From assembly GCA_973895155.1 (NCBI GenBank), contig OZ316899.1:5707241-5771240 (forward strand): a DNA stretch of 64,000 nucleotides, given 5' to 3'. Made by a program: the position numbers and the translations under genes. Of the stretch, positions 52,201 to 63,920 are shown in pieces. Origin of the DNA: Marsupella aquatica (Eukaryota > Plantae > Marchantiophyta). Within the stretch, counting starts at the first letter, position 1. Each line of letters opens with the position of its first letter. The notes beneath the pieces were generated by a model, which was not told the origin of the DNA, did not search any database, and saw only the letters and a list, made by a program, of their open reading frames with translations.

Positions 52201-55200
52201 CAGGTAACCCAACAATGAAGTCCATGGAGATAGACTCCCATGGAGCCGCAGCTACTGGTAAGGGTTGAAGAAGTCCTCATTTTGCCCTATAGACTGTTCG
52301 GTTCTTTTGGCATGAGTAACAACTTTGCACATGGCAAAGAACCGATTGCTTCATGTCCGGCCAATACACATCTCACGACATGTTGTGATATGTAGCAGCT
52401 TGTCCGCCATGCCCTCCCTAGGGCAAGTTGTGGTACTTTTGCAAAACCTCTAACCTAAGGGACTCTGGGATGTACACACACCTCTGATTGTATTGCCATA
52501 ACTGGACATTATGCGCGGTATCCATCCCCAACAAAATGTGTCTTACCTTGCCTTGGCTACCCCCATTGTTTTGCCATTCTTTAGCTAACCTGTCATCCCC
52601 ATACGCCTTGGCCAGAACCTTTGGCCACTTGGATTCAAGCATCGTGATCCCATTGACACGATGATGGTCCTTACGCGATAACGCGTCAGTTGCCGTGTTT
52701 ATCTTCCCCGGAACGTGACGGACTTTGAAATTGAAATCCGCCAAGAACATTTGCCAGCACATTTCCTTGGGGTTCACCCTTGGCTTAGAACTGAAGTACC
52801 TGGTCGGCGAGCTATCTGTGTGTATTACCACTTTGGGACCGTTCTTAAGGTAAATCTCTCACTTCTTCAACGCATAGATCACTACATACATTTCTCTTTC
52901 CGGTGTGATCCAATGATTTTCCAACTTACATGACTTAAAGGCCATAGGACGCCCATCTTGGTGAGGACAGGTGCCAATGGCATAATCACTTGCGTCTGTC
53001 TAAATCTTGAACGGCTTCCCCATCTTAGGTAACTTTAGAACCGGCGGCGTTATCATTAGCCGCTTAAGTTCTAGGAATGCTAACTCGCAATCCTGTGTCC
53101 ACACAAACACTTTGTTTTTCAAAGTTAGCGCGTTTAGGGGCCTCGCAATCCTTGCATAGTCTTTCATGTATCTCCGATAGAACCCCGTAAATCCTAAGAA
53201 GGCTCTAACCTACCTTACATTGGACGGGCGCTCCCATTCTTTGATCTCTTTAAGCTTGTCTTGACTAGGCATTATCCCCTCCGAGGTAAAGGTATGGCCG
53301 AGGAACTGAATCTCATTCATCGCAAACTCGCACTTGCTAGGTTTAGCAAAGAGACAAGCCTTACAAAGGCAAGAGAAGACTTCTCTGAGCAATTGCTCAT
53401 GTTCCTCCAACGGTTTCGAGTAGATTAGGATGTCGTCAATAAAGACGACCAGTCCTTGGTCCAACAAGTCATGAAAGATGGTATTCATCATCTTCACAAA
53501 AGTTGCGGTTGTATTACACAGCCCAAACGACATAGCCAAAAATTCATAGGATCCAAACCTTGTGCGCATCCCAAACGTGTACTCGTCTCCCTTAGCCATG
53601 CGGATCTGGTAATACCCAGACCACAAGTCCACCTTAGAAAACTTCTTAGCCCCAGAGAGACAATCAAAGAGGTCATCCATATGAGGTAACGGGTACTTAT
53701 TCTTTACCGTTTGCTTATTGAGGGCCCAATAATCTGCGCACAATCTCAAAGTACCATCTTTTTGGACACAAACAGCGTGGGCGCCCCATAAGGACTCTTA
53801 CTAGGACGAATGAATTCTTGGTCAATCAACTCTTCCAAGGCGTTCTTCAACATCATTCGTTTGTTCAAGTTCAGAAGGTAAGGAGCTTTAGCCTAAGGAG
53901 CTGAACCTGGCTCCAACTCAACTTGGTGATCCACTTCTCTCCGCGGGGCTAAACCTTTAGGTAGCTTTTGCGAGAGCACGTCATTGAATTCCTCTAAAAT
54001 TTCAGGAATTTGACTGCAGTTGGGCCCGACCTTAGCTAACTTAACTTTCAACTGCAAAGCAGCCTCCTTAATTGGGTGGAGGTGAAAGAAGAAATATTCA
54101 TGTCCACCCTTGAAGTCTTTCCACCATTGCTTTGCCGATACACACGGAGACAACCACAACACTTTACTTACTTTGAGAAATCTTTTTTTATTTTCGGTAA
54201 TTTCGTGTACAATGATGGGCTCACCGCCCTTATTGGGAAAATGGAGCACCTCATCCCCCGGTTTCAAGGTAACATTGTGCTTTCTGAGATAACCTACCAA
54301 CAAAATGAAGTCTACGGCTAGACCGTCTAGAACGTAGAACATCTCCTGATTAACAAAATTTTGTTGTTCGCCTATGACCTCTACCCGAAGTCTATGTACC
54401 ACTCTCGACACTATCCCTTTTGTGTCGTTGGCAAACCTGCACACTAATAGTTGTAGCAACTCTTGCACGTCCACCCCAAGACGTGCCACCGCTTACCCAC
54501 TTATGAAGCAGGCGGTCGCGCCTATATCCACCGAAGCAATACCCAAATTACCGTTAGAAGTGACATTCATAAAAATCAGCTTTTCAGGATCCATTGTCTT
54601 ACCCTTAGGTATCTTCTCTTGCCACAAAACCTTCTCTCCGGCAGGAACATCCCCTACAAGGACCTCGTCAACTACTAAGGATTTGGTTAGAGCGATACTT
54701 ACCTTAATGCCCTTCTGCCCTCCATCTCCGCTCGGCTTGCCCCCCTTTGAGGGGCAGTCCTTACTTTGATGCCCCATGGCACCACATGTGTAGCAAAAAC
54801 CTTCAGCCCACCTCTGCTCCATGGTTGCCTGCTTCTTTGCTTTTTGTGTCGATGAGGTTCCTTTCTTGAAGTTGTCGGTCTTCCGGTTGTGCTTTGCTTC
54901 TCCATTTTGGGGCTGAGGATCCAAACCACCGGCCCCCGCCCCCTTTGGCTGCTTGCGCTTGTTCCCGGGACCTTTTGCTTTCCCAACTTCCCCCTCGGTT
55001 CCCTTGCCACCCACCTTTGCCAAGTCCGGCCAGTTATTCACCAACGTAGTGGCCTTGTCGAAGGCATCAGAAAGCATTTTAAACTCATGACGCTTTTCCT
55101 ATAACTTTTCCCTGAGCAAAGGCGGGAGCTTCACTAGAAAGTTGTGAACCTGCGTATGTAGGGTCTCTTGCCCCGTTGGGATACACGCCAACTGGTTTTG

Positions 55201-55719
55201 GTAGTAAGTTATGAACTTTTGGATATCACCCCTAAAGCTCATCTCCGTTACACATTTCTGGGCGTGCCGCTCTGGGTACTTAGTGGTGACATGAGCACGG
55301 AGACCCTCAACCAGGTTTTCCCAAGTTAATGGCAAGGAGGACTCCTCTCGTGACTTCTTCCAAGACTTGTACCACGTCAAGGCATAGTCCTTCAAGTAAG
55401 GAGCAGCTGTAGTAGCCCAAGTGAATCGCTCAACGCACGCTTGGAGATGAATCTCCATCATGGAGAGCCAACTCAGGAACTTTTGTCCACTTTGCTCATA
55501 GGCCCCATTGTAAGTTGGAGGAGTCGGTAGCAGGTTCACTTGGAACATACTCCGTCCAACTACCATTCCCCCTTGGGACGCGTGAAACTCTGACTACCCA
55601 GACTAAGCAAGTACTTAATCTGGGCCTCCTTGTTGTGTTCCAACTGCTCATAAATGAGTCATTGGTCTTGAGTTAACGGACCCAATCTATTATCAACGGC
55701 TGGGCCCTTGCGGGTTGTG
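49229..55719 (-). mobile_element. Ty3/gypsy chromovirus (3' LTR 49229-50721, PPT, gag-PR-RT-RH-IN-chromodomain); 5' part displaced by a nested insertion
   Basis: CYTCGAMGHQSKDC, VDIGAT protease, VFIDDIL RT, SMDFIVGLP integrase, GPY motif, EVETILDH...YLVKWASY...STWEP chromodomain; PPT AAGCGGGGGTTCA next to the LTR. Confidence 0.93.
51170..55700 (-). pseudogene. Chromovirus gag-pol with class I chromodomain, frameshifted
   Basis: ORF fragments 55099-55566, 54493-55077, 53893-54489, 53210-53749, 52418-52831, 51857-52225 and 51233-51571. Confidence 0.92.
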
Positions 55720-56288
55720 AGTCGCGGAACTCGACTACCTTAACAATTAGCTCCGACATCGTTGACTTCGACGCCAAGCTCCCTTATGGTCCAGGCCCGG
55801 ATAGGCCAACCGGGGAGGACTTAGCATGGGGAGACTTGCGGGCAATGAGACGTGGCACTAGCAAGGCAGGAGCCAAGCTGGGGACACACACTAAGGACTT
55901 GGACTAGCGGATAGCTGGTTGGGTCAAGGGGAAATGGGTTGGGCTCAAGGATGGCCGTCCGGACCTCCGGATGGACTTTGAGTTCTGAGGGCATGAGTGT
56001 GAGCCCCTCTTGGGCCCAAGGCCAATGGAGTTGACACCATGGGCAATGGACGCTTGGGGCGCAAGTTGTGGCCCAATACGGCTTGGTTGCTTGTGCAGAT
56101 AGTGAGGACCGTTGAGTAGCGATCATGTAGGTGAGCAAGTGCGGCTTTGTATGGGAGGGGCCGCTGGTGGTGCAAGGGGCACTAGGGTGTTTGCTCAAGG
56201 TATTTTGTGGAGGCATTCAGGCACCAGGGGCACTTAGGCGTGAGTGTTGGGATTGGTGAGGGCGCTGGGTGGCGGGGTCCACCACTTG

Positions 56289-56299
56289 TGGTATCAGAG
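56289..56299 (+). promoter_or_regulatory. Primer-binding site (tRNA-Met) of the chromovirus
   Basis: TGGTATCAGAG, 2 nt after the LTR end ACCACT. Confidence 0.9.
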
Positions 56300-56920
56300 T
56301 GATTTTTGGCATAGACACCGGGCCGGGGTTGGGCTAAGTCGGAATCCAAAAATCTTAACGGATTTCTGCGGGGACTTAGTGCTTCAACGTGCCCGGTGGG
56401 TCGACTGCGGGCAGATTTGGTCGCTGGGAACACGGCTAAAACCACTTGATCAAAGAGTGGCAAATAGGCTCCCCCCACCAAGGGGAGAGCCCAAGTTCAA
56501 GATGAACAGAAGGAGGACGGGTCGACTTCCCTAGACAAACGTTACAAGCAGGATGAAGAAGACGCAACGGCCAAACCATTGACCGCTGCAGCAAACATGT
56601 CAAGTGCAGAGCACTGTCGACTTAAAGGGAAGGAGGTGGCCGATCCTTTGGAGGATGGGTTGGACGATGACGACTCCGACACAGAAGGAAGCGACGACGA
56701 GGCTGAAGCTGAAATGGAGGAAGAGGGTCAGGACCCAAAAGAGGAACTGATCCCAACCTTGAGAGGGTTGAACGCGGAACCAGAGGATGATGTCAAGCCG
56801 GACGTCATTGTAAGTAGTGGGTATTTCCAAAATCATGAAGAAACTGAAAATTTTTAATTTTTTTATGGGGTTTAACCTCTAATTGTTGATAACAGAACGG
56901 AGATAGCATTCTGTCTACAA

Positions 56921-57056
56921 GTTACGGTTCCCAAGTTTAAAGTAAGTTTACGAGTAAACTCCAGTTACTAGTTACGAGTTACTAGTTACGGGGTTGCGAC
57001 AGTATACTAGTTACGAGTATACTAGTTACGACTTACTAGTTAGGGCTTTACGAGTT
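56921..57056 (+). repeat. Heptamer array GTTAC(G/T)A upstream of the family C ORF
   Basis: gttacta gttacga gttacta gttacgg ... actagttacga. Confidence 0.85.
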
Positions 57057-57232
57057 GGCGACCGATGATCGCGACGTCTTACGGCTACTTCCAACGGGAC
57101 TTAGCAACGGGATGGCGAACGCGAATTGAAGAAAAGGCAAATTAGACTTCGGGCGCTCACTCCTAACTTAATTCCTGCCACCTCTGTTGATTCTACCAGC
57201 TTCCCCACTCCTTAGTGCACTCAACATATCGA

Positions 57233-59647
57233 ATGAGAGCTATGGCAAACCTCGGCATTGATGAACAGTACCGAGTTGACACTCTGGCAATTCCTAAGAG
57301 CATAGTCGCCCAAATTCCACCAGCGCCCGATAGCTATGCAAATTTACGGACTTCCTTACAGCAGCTAGGTTTGCAGCATCTACTTGCCGTTCCTTGGGAA
57401 GTAGAGCTCGACACATATTTGCAGGATTTTGTAAAGGGGTCAGTGCTTGCTCCTAAATTTTGACAGACTATTCGAGCTCGACCCAGCTTATGGACTGTGG
57501 AACAAATTGCTTATGCCTTCCGCTGCCCTTCAGAAGGAGAAGGATTGTATTCGAAGAAGAAAGATTTATCTACACCTTACTTCTCTGGGACTCGCAATCT
57601 CACCAATGGCTGGAATTTAACACAGTGTATTTATCCAGATTTGAGAGTGCTTCTGGAATTTCTAGTACCCATTCTACACCCAAAGAAGCCAACCATCTGT
57701 CCAGTGGCTTTGGTGAATACAATTGTAGCCGCACACAGTGGATCTGTCCAGGTGAATTGGGCCCTACTAATTTTCAATGTGATGAAGGATCAGGTGAGGA
57801 CCATGAAGGCAAGTAGACCCACTCGTCTGCAGATTTATTTGTCTCAACTCTATCATGCTTATGATTGTTTATATCCAGAGGAGAAAACGGAAAGAGGGCT
57901 GCTCCTGATTGAGTTAGGCATTGAAGAAGACCTAAGTATGGAAGAACCAGTGGATGCTGTTCCCCTAGATTCTCATGATCAGAATGTGGATGCTGAGATG
58001 GAATTAGATAGGACACCCGCTCATAACTTAGAGCTGGTTCGACACCCTCTGCATAACGTGGTGTATTCACCAAGAGTTAATATGAGAGATCAACCTGGAG
58101 CTGGAGAAGACAGAGATTCTCCTGAGCAATTAGCCGACGTTGCTGAACTGGCTCTTGCAACTGTCAACCTAAGGACCAACTCCTCCACTCCTTCGAAGGC
58201 AGAGTCGAATCAGCAGCTTATTGATAAGTTGACATCTCTCCTCAGTTGCAGTAATGATGGACTATATGACGCTGTTAATAATTTGAGAATGGAGGCTGTC
58301 AGTTTGAGATCACCATTTCATGATCAGCTAAGTCCTGTCAGAATGACCTCTCCCCCAAGAGAACCAGCACCAATGGAATTTGTGATCTGTACTCCTGTCA
58401 CTGTACACCCCCCTCCCCTAGAAACAAGTGAGCCTATTCCAGTAACAGATGGTATCAGCTGTGTGGCCATTGTGGATGACTTGTTAGAACTACTACAGTG
58501 TGAACCTCGACAGATGGCATCTGTGGTCCGCAACTTGATCCAACAATGTCCAACTGCTAGTCCTACTCCTAGCCCAGGTTCGCAACCTTACAGCCCTGAT
58601 TCCAACTACGAACCCACAGAAGGACCCACCTACAATCGGTCACAATATGAGCACCCTTTTGACAGAAAAGATCTACCTGAAGACTCTGATCCACCCTCAG
58701 ATGGTGAAACTTATAGATCTTATGATAATTCTCTTGAGTCATCCCCAAGGCAGGGATTTGAAGATGTTGATACTGCCTTAAGATCCAATCCAGACTTAGT
58801 AGCAGTTGTCACTTCATCTACTCAAACACCTCGGAATGCTACTATCAAAAGCAGGTACCCTAGACATCCTGAGTCAAAAGTGCACAAGTATGCCACCACT
58901 TGCAAAATAATGCAGGCCAACAGACCACCGGTTGGAGAGTTCTGGAGATACTACTATCTAAAGAAGACTGAGGCAAGCTACATCTTCGATCTTAGGTGTC
59001 TTGGTACTTCTAGAGTGGAAATGGCACAATTTGATGAGTTCTGGATTGACTCAATATACTTTCGGCCTATTCTTGCTATGATGCTACTCCAAGGTGATGT
59101 AGAGGTAGAGGATTCAGACTTAGTTCTGGCATACTTTGGAAACTTTGCAGCCTATGCCTTGGATTTCGTGGTTTCCTTCCTGATGCAGAGCAAGAAGTCT
59201 ACTACTCTACAACACGATTACATACCACAAGGACCTAAGGTTACCCTTGTTTCAACCAGTACATTGGCTGAGAAATAGAGGATCTGGAATAATGTCACTT
59301 CTCAGACTCTAGCTGAATTCAACCGATACTTCAGAGATGTCAGATGGAGACTTCGACCCTTCTATTCCAGGATGATGAGTAGTGATGAGTTCCTGTACCA
59401 TTATCCCCAAGTATATGCTGCTACCTGCAACAACTATGATGTGATCGGGATGTACAAAGAAGCTCTTCGTATAGATTCATGTTATTTGATGAAGAAAATG
59501 CCTTTGATGTATCCTGAGAGACAACTGAGGTGCCTACCATACTCCAGAGGATCCCCACGCCAAGCTGAACTGATGGAGGTTACTCAGAACCGAATTGTTA
59601 CCCTTGTGGAATTGCTGGAACCCGACGACATCCGACAGCAAGCTTGA
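57233..59647 (+). pseudogene. Family C element gene (ancestral 804 aa; two in-frame stops, no frameshift)
   Basis: ORFs 57215-57463, 57497-59278 and 59372-59647 share one frame. Contains GLQHLLAVPW, IAYAFRCP and NGWNLTQCIYPDLRVLLEFLVPILHPKKP. Confidence 0.85.
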
Positions 59648-59837
59648 AGAAGTCTTTTAGTTAGTTTTTAGAGTAGTGCATCTTATCTGATTTTTAGAAA
59701 TGTGTTCTAGAGCTTTAAAAGTTGTCATACTTATTTAGCATGTAGTCTGTACCTAGGAAAACCTCTTGGCAAAATCTCAGAGTTTTCTGACTTATAGGAA
59801 GTTAAAAATAGTTGAAATTGCCAAGTCATTACTTTTG

Positions 59838-59948
59838 TCACGATTACGAGTTACGACTTAGCTTTTACTAGTTTAAGAGTTACTAGTTTCCGATTACGAG
59901 TTTCGATAGACAGCCGATTACGAGTTAATAGTTTACTAGTTACGAGTT
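59838..59948 (+). repeat. Second GTTAC(G/T)A-type array downstream of the family C ORF
   Basis: attacga gttacga ... gttacta ... attacga ... actagttacgagtt. Confidence 0.8.
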
Positions 59949-60872
59949 CATACTTAGCCATTTTTCCGGCTTTTCACTTACTGAATCGCCATTTTAAAAT
60001 TTTGAGGGGTATGAAGAGGCATGTCTCTTCGACCCTGTGACCTCTCACTCAGTAGATTTTTACTATAAGACCCCTCTACCACTAGTGTAGATGATGGTAA
60101 AGTTAAGCAATTTTTGCCTTTCCTTGGTGTTCTGCCAGTTGATCATGAATGTTAAGAGTTCGAGATCAAGCTTGACACCAGGAGAAGACTTTCCTCCTTC
60201 TTGTGGTTTAATCCTTCGAATAAATCATGGGAAGTAAAATCCCAATTGTGTAAATCTTATGAGATCTGATGACAGATTCCTCTTTGGGTGACTCATTACA
60301 ATCTCCTGAGTTCTTGGAGTTAACTCACTGAGTTTAAGTCTTATTTGAAATTGATGGATTTTCTTTCATGTTGCTTAGTACCATCTAAATGTTGAAGTAG
60401 CTATTTTTTAGATCTTATCTGAGTACCATTTAGAAAGAAAGGATAAGACATGTTGACGGCATTTTAAAAGGTACTCTAGTAAGCAATTTAGATCTGAAAA
60501 GCAATATGGATTTGAATCCTTAAGTCTTTTCATTTTGATTTATGTCTAAGGAGTAACCTTGGTCTATTCCAGACTCCCTTAGCATACTTTGAGATATTTT
60601 TCCTTGTGTTTTGTTAATCATTTCCTTTTCATTAATTTATGGTTACATGATGCTGAGTTGTCATTAAAAACCACTCACCGCTGTGGAGCGATCTTCAAAA
60701 TACCTTAGTAAAGTAATCAATCCTGATTACTATGTGTTAAAGAGAGTTCTTAAACTCTCATTTGTGTTTTTTATGTATCAAATCAACCCCATCTTGTTCT
60801 TTACGGGAACGAATACCGAGTTTGAAGACCTTTAAGTGTGTTTTTGGTTCTTCATAGCAAACTACAGTCATA

Positions 60873-63800
60873 GTGGATAATTTGACCAAGGAAAACCAGG
60901 GCAATGCGGGTGATGCCTCAGCCCCGGGAGGTCATGGTGCTCGCAAGACGCGGGGGATGTCACCAAAATCCATGAGAGAACCTAAGGACAGGCGGCCCGC
61001 AAAGGGAAGACGGTTGGAGGACCGTCCTCATACAACTTGCAAGGGCCCAACCGCTGACGACGGTGTGGGTCCGTTGACTCAAGACCAACGACTCATTTAT
61101 GAGCAACTGGAACACAACAAGGGGGCCCAAATTAAGTACTTACTTAGTCTGGGTAGTCAGAGTGCGTCGCGTCCCGAGGGGGGAATGGTAGTTGGACGGA
61201 GTATGTTCCTCCAACTTACGACGGGGCCTACGAGTAGAGTGGACAAAAGTTCATGAGTTGGCTCTCCACAATGGAGATTCATCTCCAACCAAACGTGCGT
61301 TGAGCGTCCCACTTGGGCTACCGCAACCGCTCCTTACCTGAAGGACTATGCCTTGACTTGGTACAAGTCATGGAAGAAGTTGCGAGAGGACTCCTCCTTG
61401 CCGTTAACTTGGGAAAACCTGGTTGAGGGACTCCGTGCTCATGTCACCACTAAGTACCCGGAGCGACACGCTCAGAAATGTGTAACGGAGATGAGCTTCA
61501 GGGGTGATATCCAAAAGTTCATCACTTATTACCAGAACCAGTTGGCGTGTATCCCGACGGGGCAGGAGACCCTACATACACAGCTTCACAACTTTATAGT
61601 GAAGCTCTCGCCGTTGCTCAGGGAAAAGTTACAGGAAAAGCGTCACAAGTTCAAAACGCTTTTTGACGCCTTCGACAAGGCCACTACGTTGGTGAATAAC
61701 CAACCGGACTTGGCGAAGGTGGGTGGCAAGGGATTTGAGGGGGAAGCTGGGAAAGCAAAAGGTCTCGGGAATAAGCGTAAGCAACCTGAGGGGGCGGGGG
61801 CCGGTGGTTCGGACCCCCATCCCCATAATGGAGAAGCTAAGCAAAACTGGAAGGCTGGCAACTTCAAGAAAGGAACCTCATCGGTGCAGAAAGCAAAGAA
61901 GTAGGCACTCATGGAGCAGAGGCGGGCTGAAGGTTTGTGCTTCACGTGTGGTGCCATGGGCCATCAAAGTAAGGATTGTTCCATAAAGGTGGCAAGCCAA
62001 GCGGAGATGGAGGGCAGGAGAGCATTAAGGTAAGTATTGCTCTAACCGAACCCTTAGTAGCTGATAAGGTACCTGTACGGGATGTCCCTGCCGGAGAGAA
62101 GATACCTAAAGTTAAGGCAATGGATCCTAAAAAATTGATTTTTGTGAATGTTACTTCTATGGTAATTTGGGTGTTGCTTTGGTGGATACAGGCGCGATCG
62201 CCTGCTTCATAAGTGGGCAGGCGGCAGCACGTCTTGGGGTGGACGTGGAAGAGTTGCTACAACCGTTAGTGTGCAAGTTTGCCAACGACACAAAACGGAT
62301 AGTGTCGAGAGTAGTACATAGACTTTGAGTAGAGGTCATAGGCAAACAACAAAATTTTGTTAGTCAGGAGATGTTCTACGTTCTAGACGGTCTAGCCATA
62401 GACTTCATTTTGTTGGTAGGTTATCTCAAAAAGCACAATGTTACCTTGAAACCGGGGGGTGAAGTGCTCCATTTTCCCAATAAGGGCGGAGCCCATCATT
62501 GTACACAAAATTACCGAAAATAAAAAAAGATTTCTCAAAGTAAGTAAAGTGTCGTGGTTGTCTCCGTGTGTATCGGCAAAGCAATGGTGGAAATACTTCA
62601 AGGGTGGACATGAATGTTTCTTCTTTCATCTCCACCCAGTTAAGGAGGCTACTTCGCAGCCTAAGGTTAAGTCAGCTAAGGTCGGGCCCGATTGCGGTCA
62701 AATTCCTGAAATTTTAGAGGAATTCAATGACGTGCTCTCGCAAAAGCTACCTAAAGGTTTACCCCCGCGGAGAGAAGTGGATCACCAAGTTGAGTTGGAG
62801 CCGGGTTTGGCTCCTCCGGCTAAAGCTCCTTATCATCTGAACCTGAATGAGCGAATGATGTTGAAGAACGCCTTGGAAGAGTTGATTGACCAAGGGTTCA
62901 TTCGCCCTAGTAAGAGTCCTTATGGGGCGCCCGCGCTATTTGTGTCCAAAAAGGATGGTACTTTGAGATTGTGCACAGATTACCGGCCTTCAATAAGCAG
63001 ACGGTAAAGAACAAGTACCCGTTACCTCATATGGATGACCTCTTTGATTGCCTCTCCAGGGCTAAGAAGTTTTCAAAGGTGGACTTGCGGTCTGGGTATT
63101 ACCAGATCCACATGGCTAAGGGAGACGAGTATAAGACTGCAATGCGCACAAGGTTTGGATCCTATGAGTTTTTGGTTATGCCATTTGGGTTGTGTAATGC
63201 AACCGCGACGTTCATGAAGATGATGAATACCATCTTTCATGACTTGTTAGACCAGGGATTGGTTGTCTTTATTGATGACATCCTAATCTACTCGAAAATG
63301 TTGGAGAAACATGAGCAATTGCTCAGAGAAGTGTTCTCTCGCCTTCGTAAGGCTTGTCTCTTTGCTAAACCTAGCAAGTGCGAGTTTGCAATGAACGAGA
63401 TTCAGTTCCTCGGCCATACCTGTACCCCGGAAGGGATTACGCCTAGTGAGGACAAGCTTAAGGAGATCAAAGAATGGGAGCGCCCGTCCAATGTAAGGCA
63501 GGTTAGAGCCTTCTTAGGATTTACGGGGTTCTATCAGAGATACATGAAAGACTGTGCAAGGATCGCGAGGCCCCTAAATGCGCTAACATTGAAAAACAAA
63601 GTGTTTGTGTGGACACAAGATTGCAAGTTAGCATTCCTAGAACTTAAGCGGCTAATGATAACGCCATCGGTTCTAAAGTTACCTGAGATGGGGAAGCCGT
63701 TCGAGATTTGGACAGACGCAAGTGATTATGCCATTGGCGCTTGTCTTCATCAAGATGGCCATCCTGTGGCCTTTGAGTCATGTAAGTTGGAAAATCATTG

Positions 63801-63920
63801 GATCAGACCTGAAAGGGAAATGTATGTTATGATCTATGCATTGAAGAAGTGGGAGATTTACCTTAAGAATGGTCCCAAAGTGGTAATCCACACAGATAGC
63901 TTGCCGGTCGGGTACTTCAG
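60873..63920 (+). pseudogene. Chromovirus gag-pol (gag, PR, RT, RNase H), frameshifted and truncated by an insertion
   Basis: CFTCGAMGH knuckle, LVDTGA, SPYGAPALFV, DLRSGYYQI, VMPFGL, VFIDDIL, TDASDYAIGA. Confidence 0.93.

Larger units (their letters stand above)
56809..60866 (+). mobile_element. ORF-bearing TG...CA element, family C (4058 bp, giant solo-LTR-like)
   Basis: TGTAAG...ACTACA termini; perfect TSD GTCAT at 56804-56808 and 60867-60871. Removing it restores the gag frame (KPDVI|VDNLTK). Confidence 0.92.
55720..63920 (+). mobile_element. Second chromovirus copy (internally deleted 567-bp 5' LTR at 55720-56286, PBS, gag-pol), inserted antisense into the gag of the first copy
   Basis: LTR AGTCGCGG...ACCACT, PBS TGGTATCAGAG at 56289-56299; gag/PR/RT/RH nearly identical in protein to the minus-strand copy. 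Confidence 0.92.

Noticed and set aside
56921-57056. Telomere-like or CRISPR-like array
   Set aside because: The unit is GTTAC(G/T)A, not TTTAGGG, and there are no unique spacers; the context is eukaryotic.
57233-59647. Ogre-like extra ORF upstream of gag in the chromovirus
   Set aside because: It lies within a separate TG...CA insertion with TSD GTCAT whose removal restores the gag frame.
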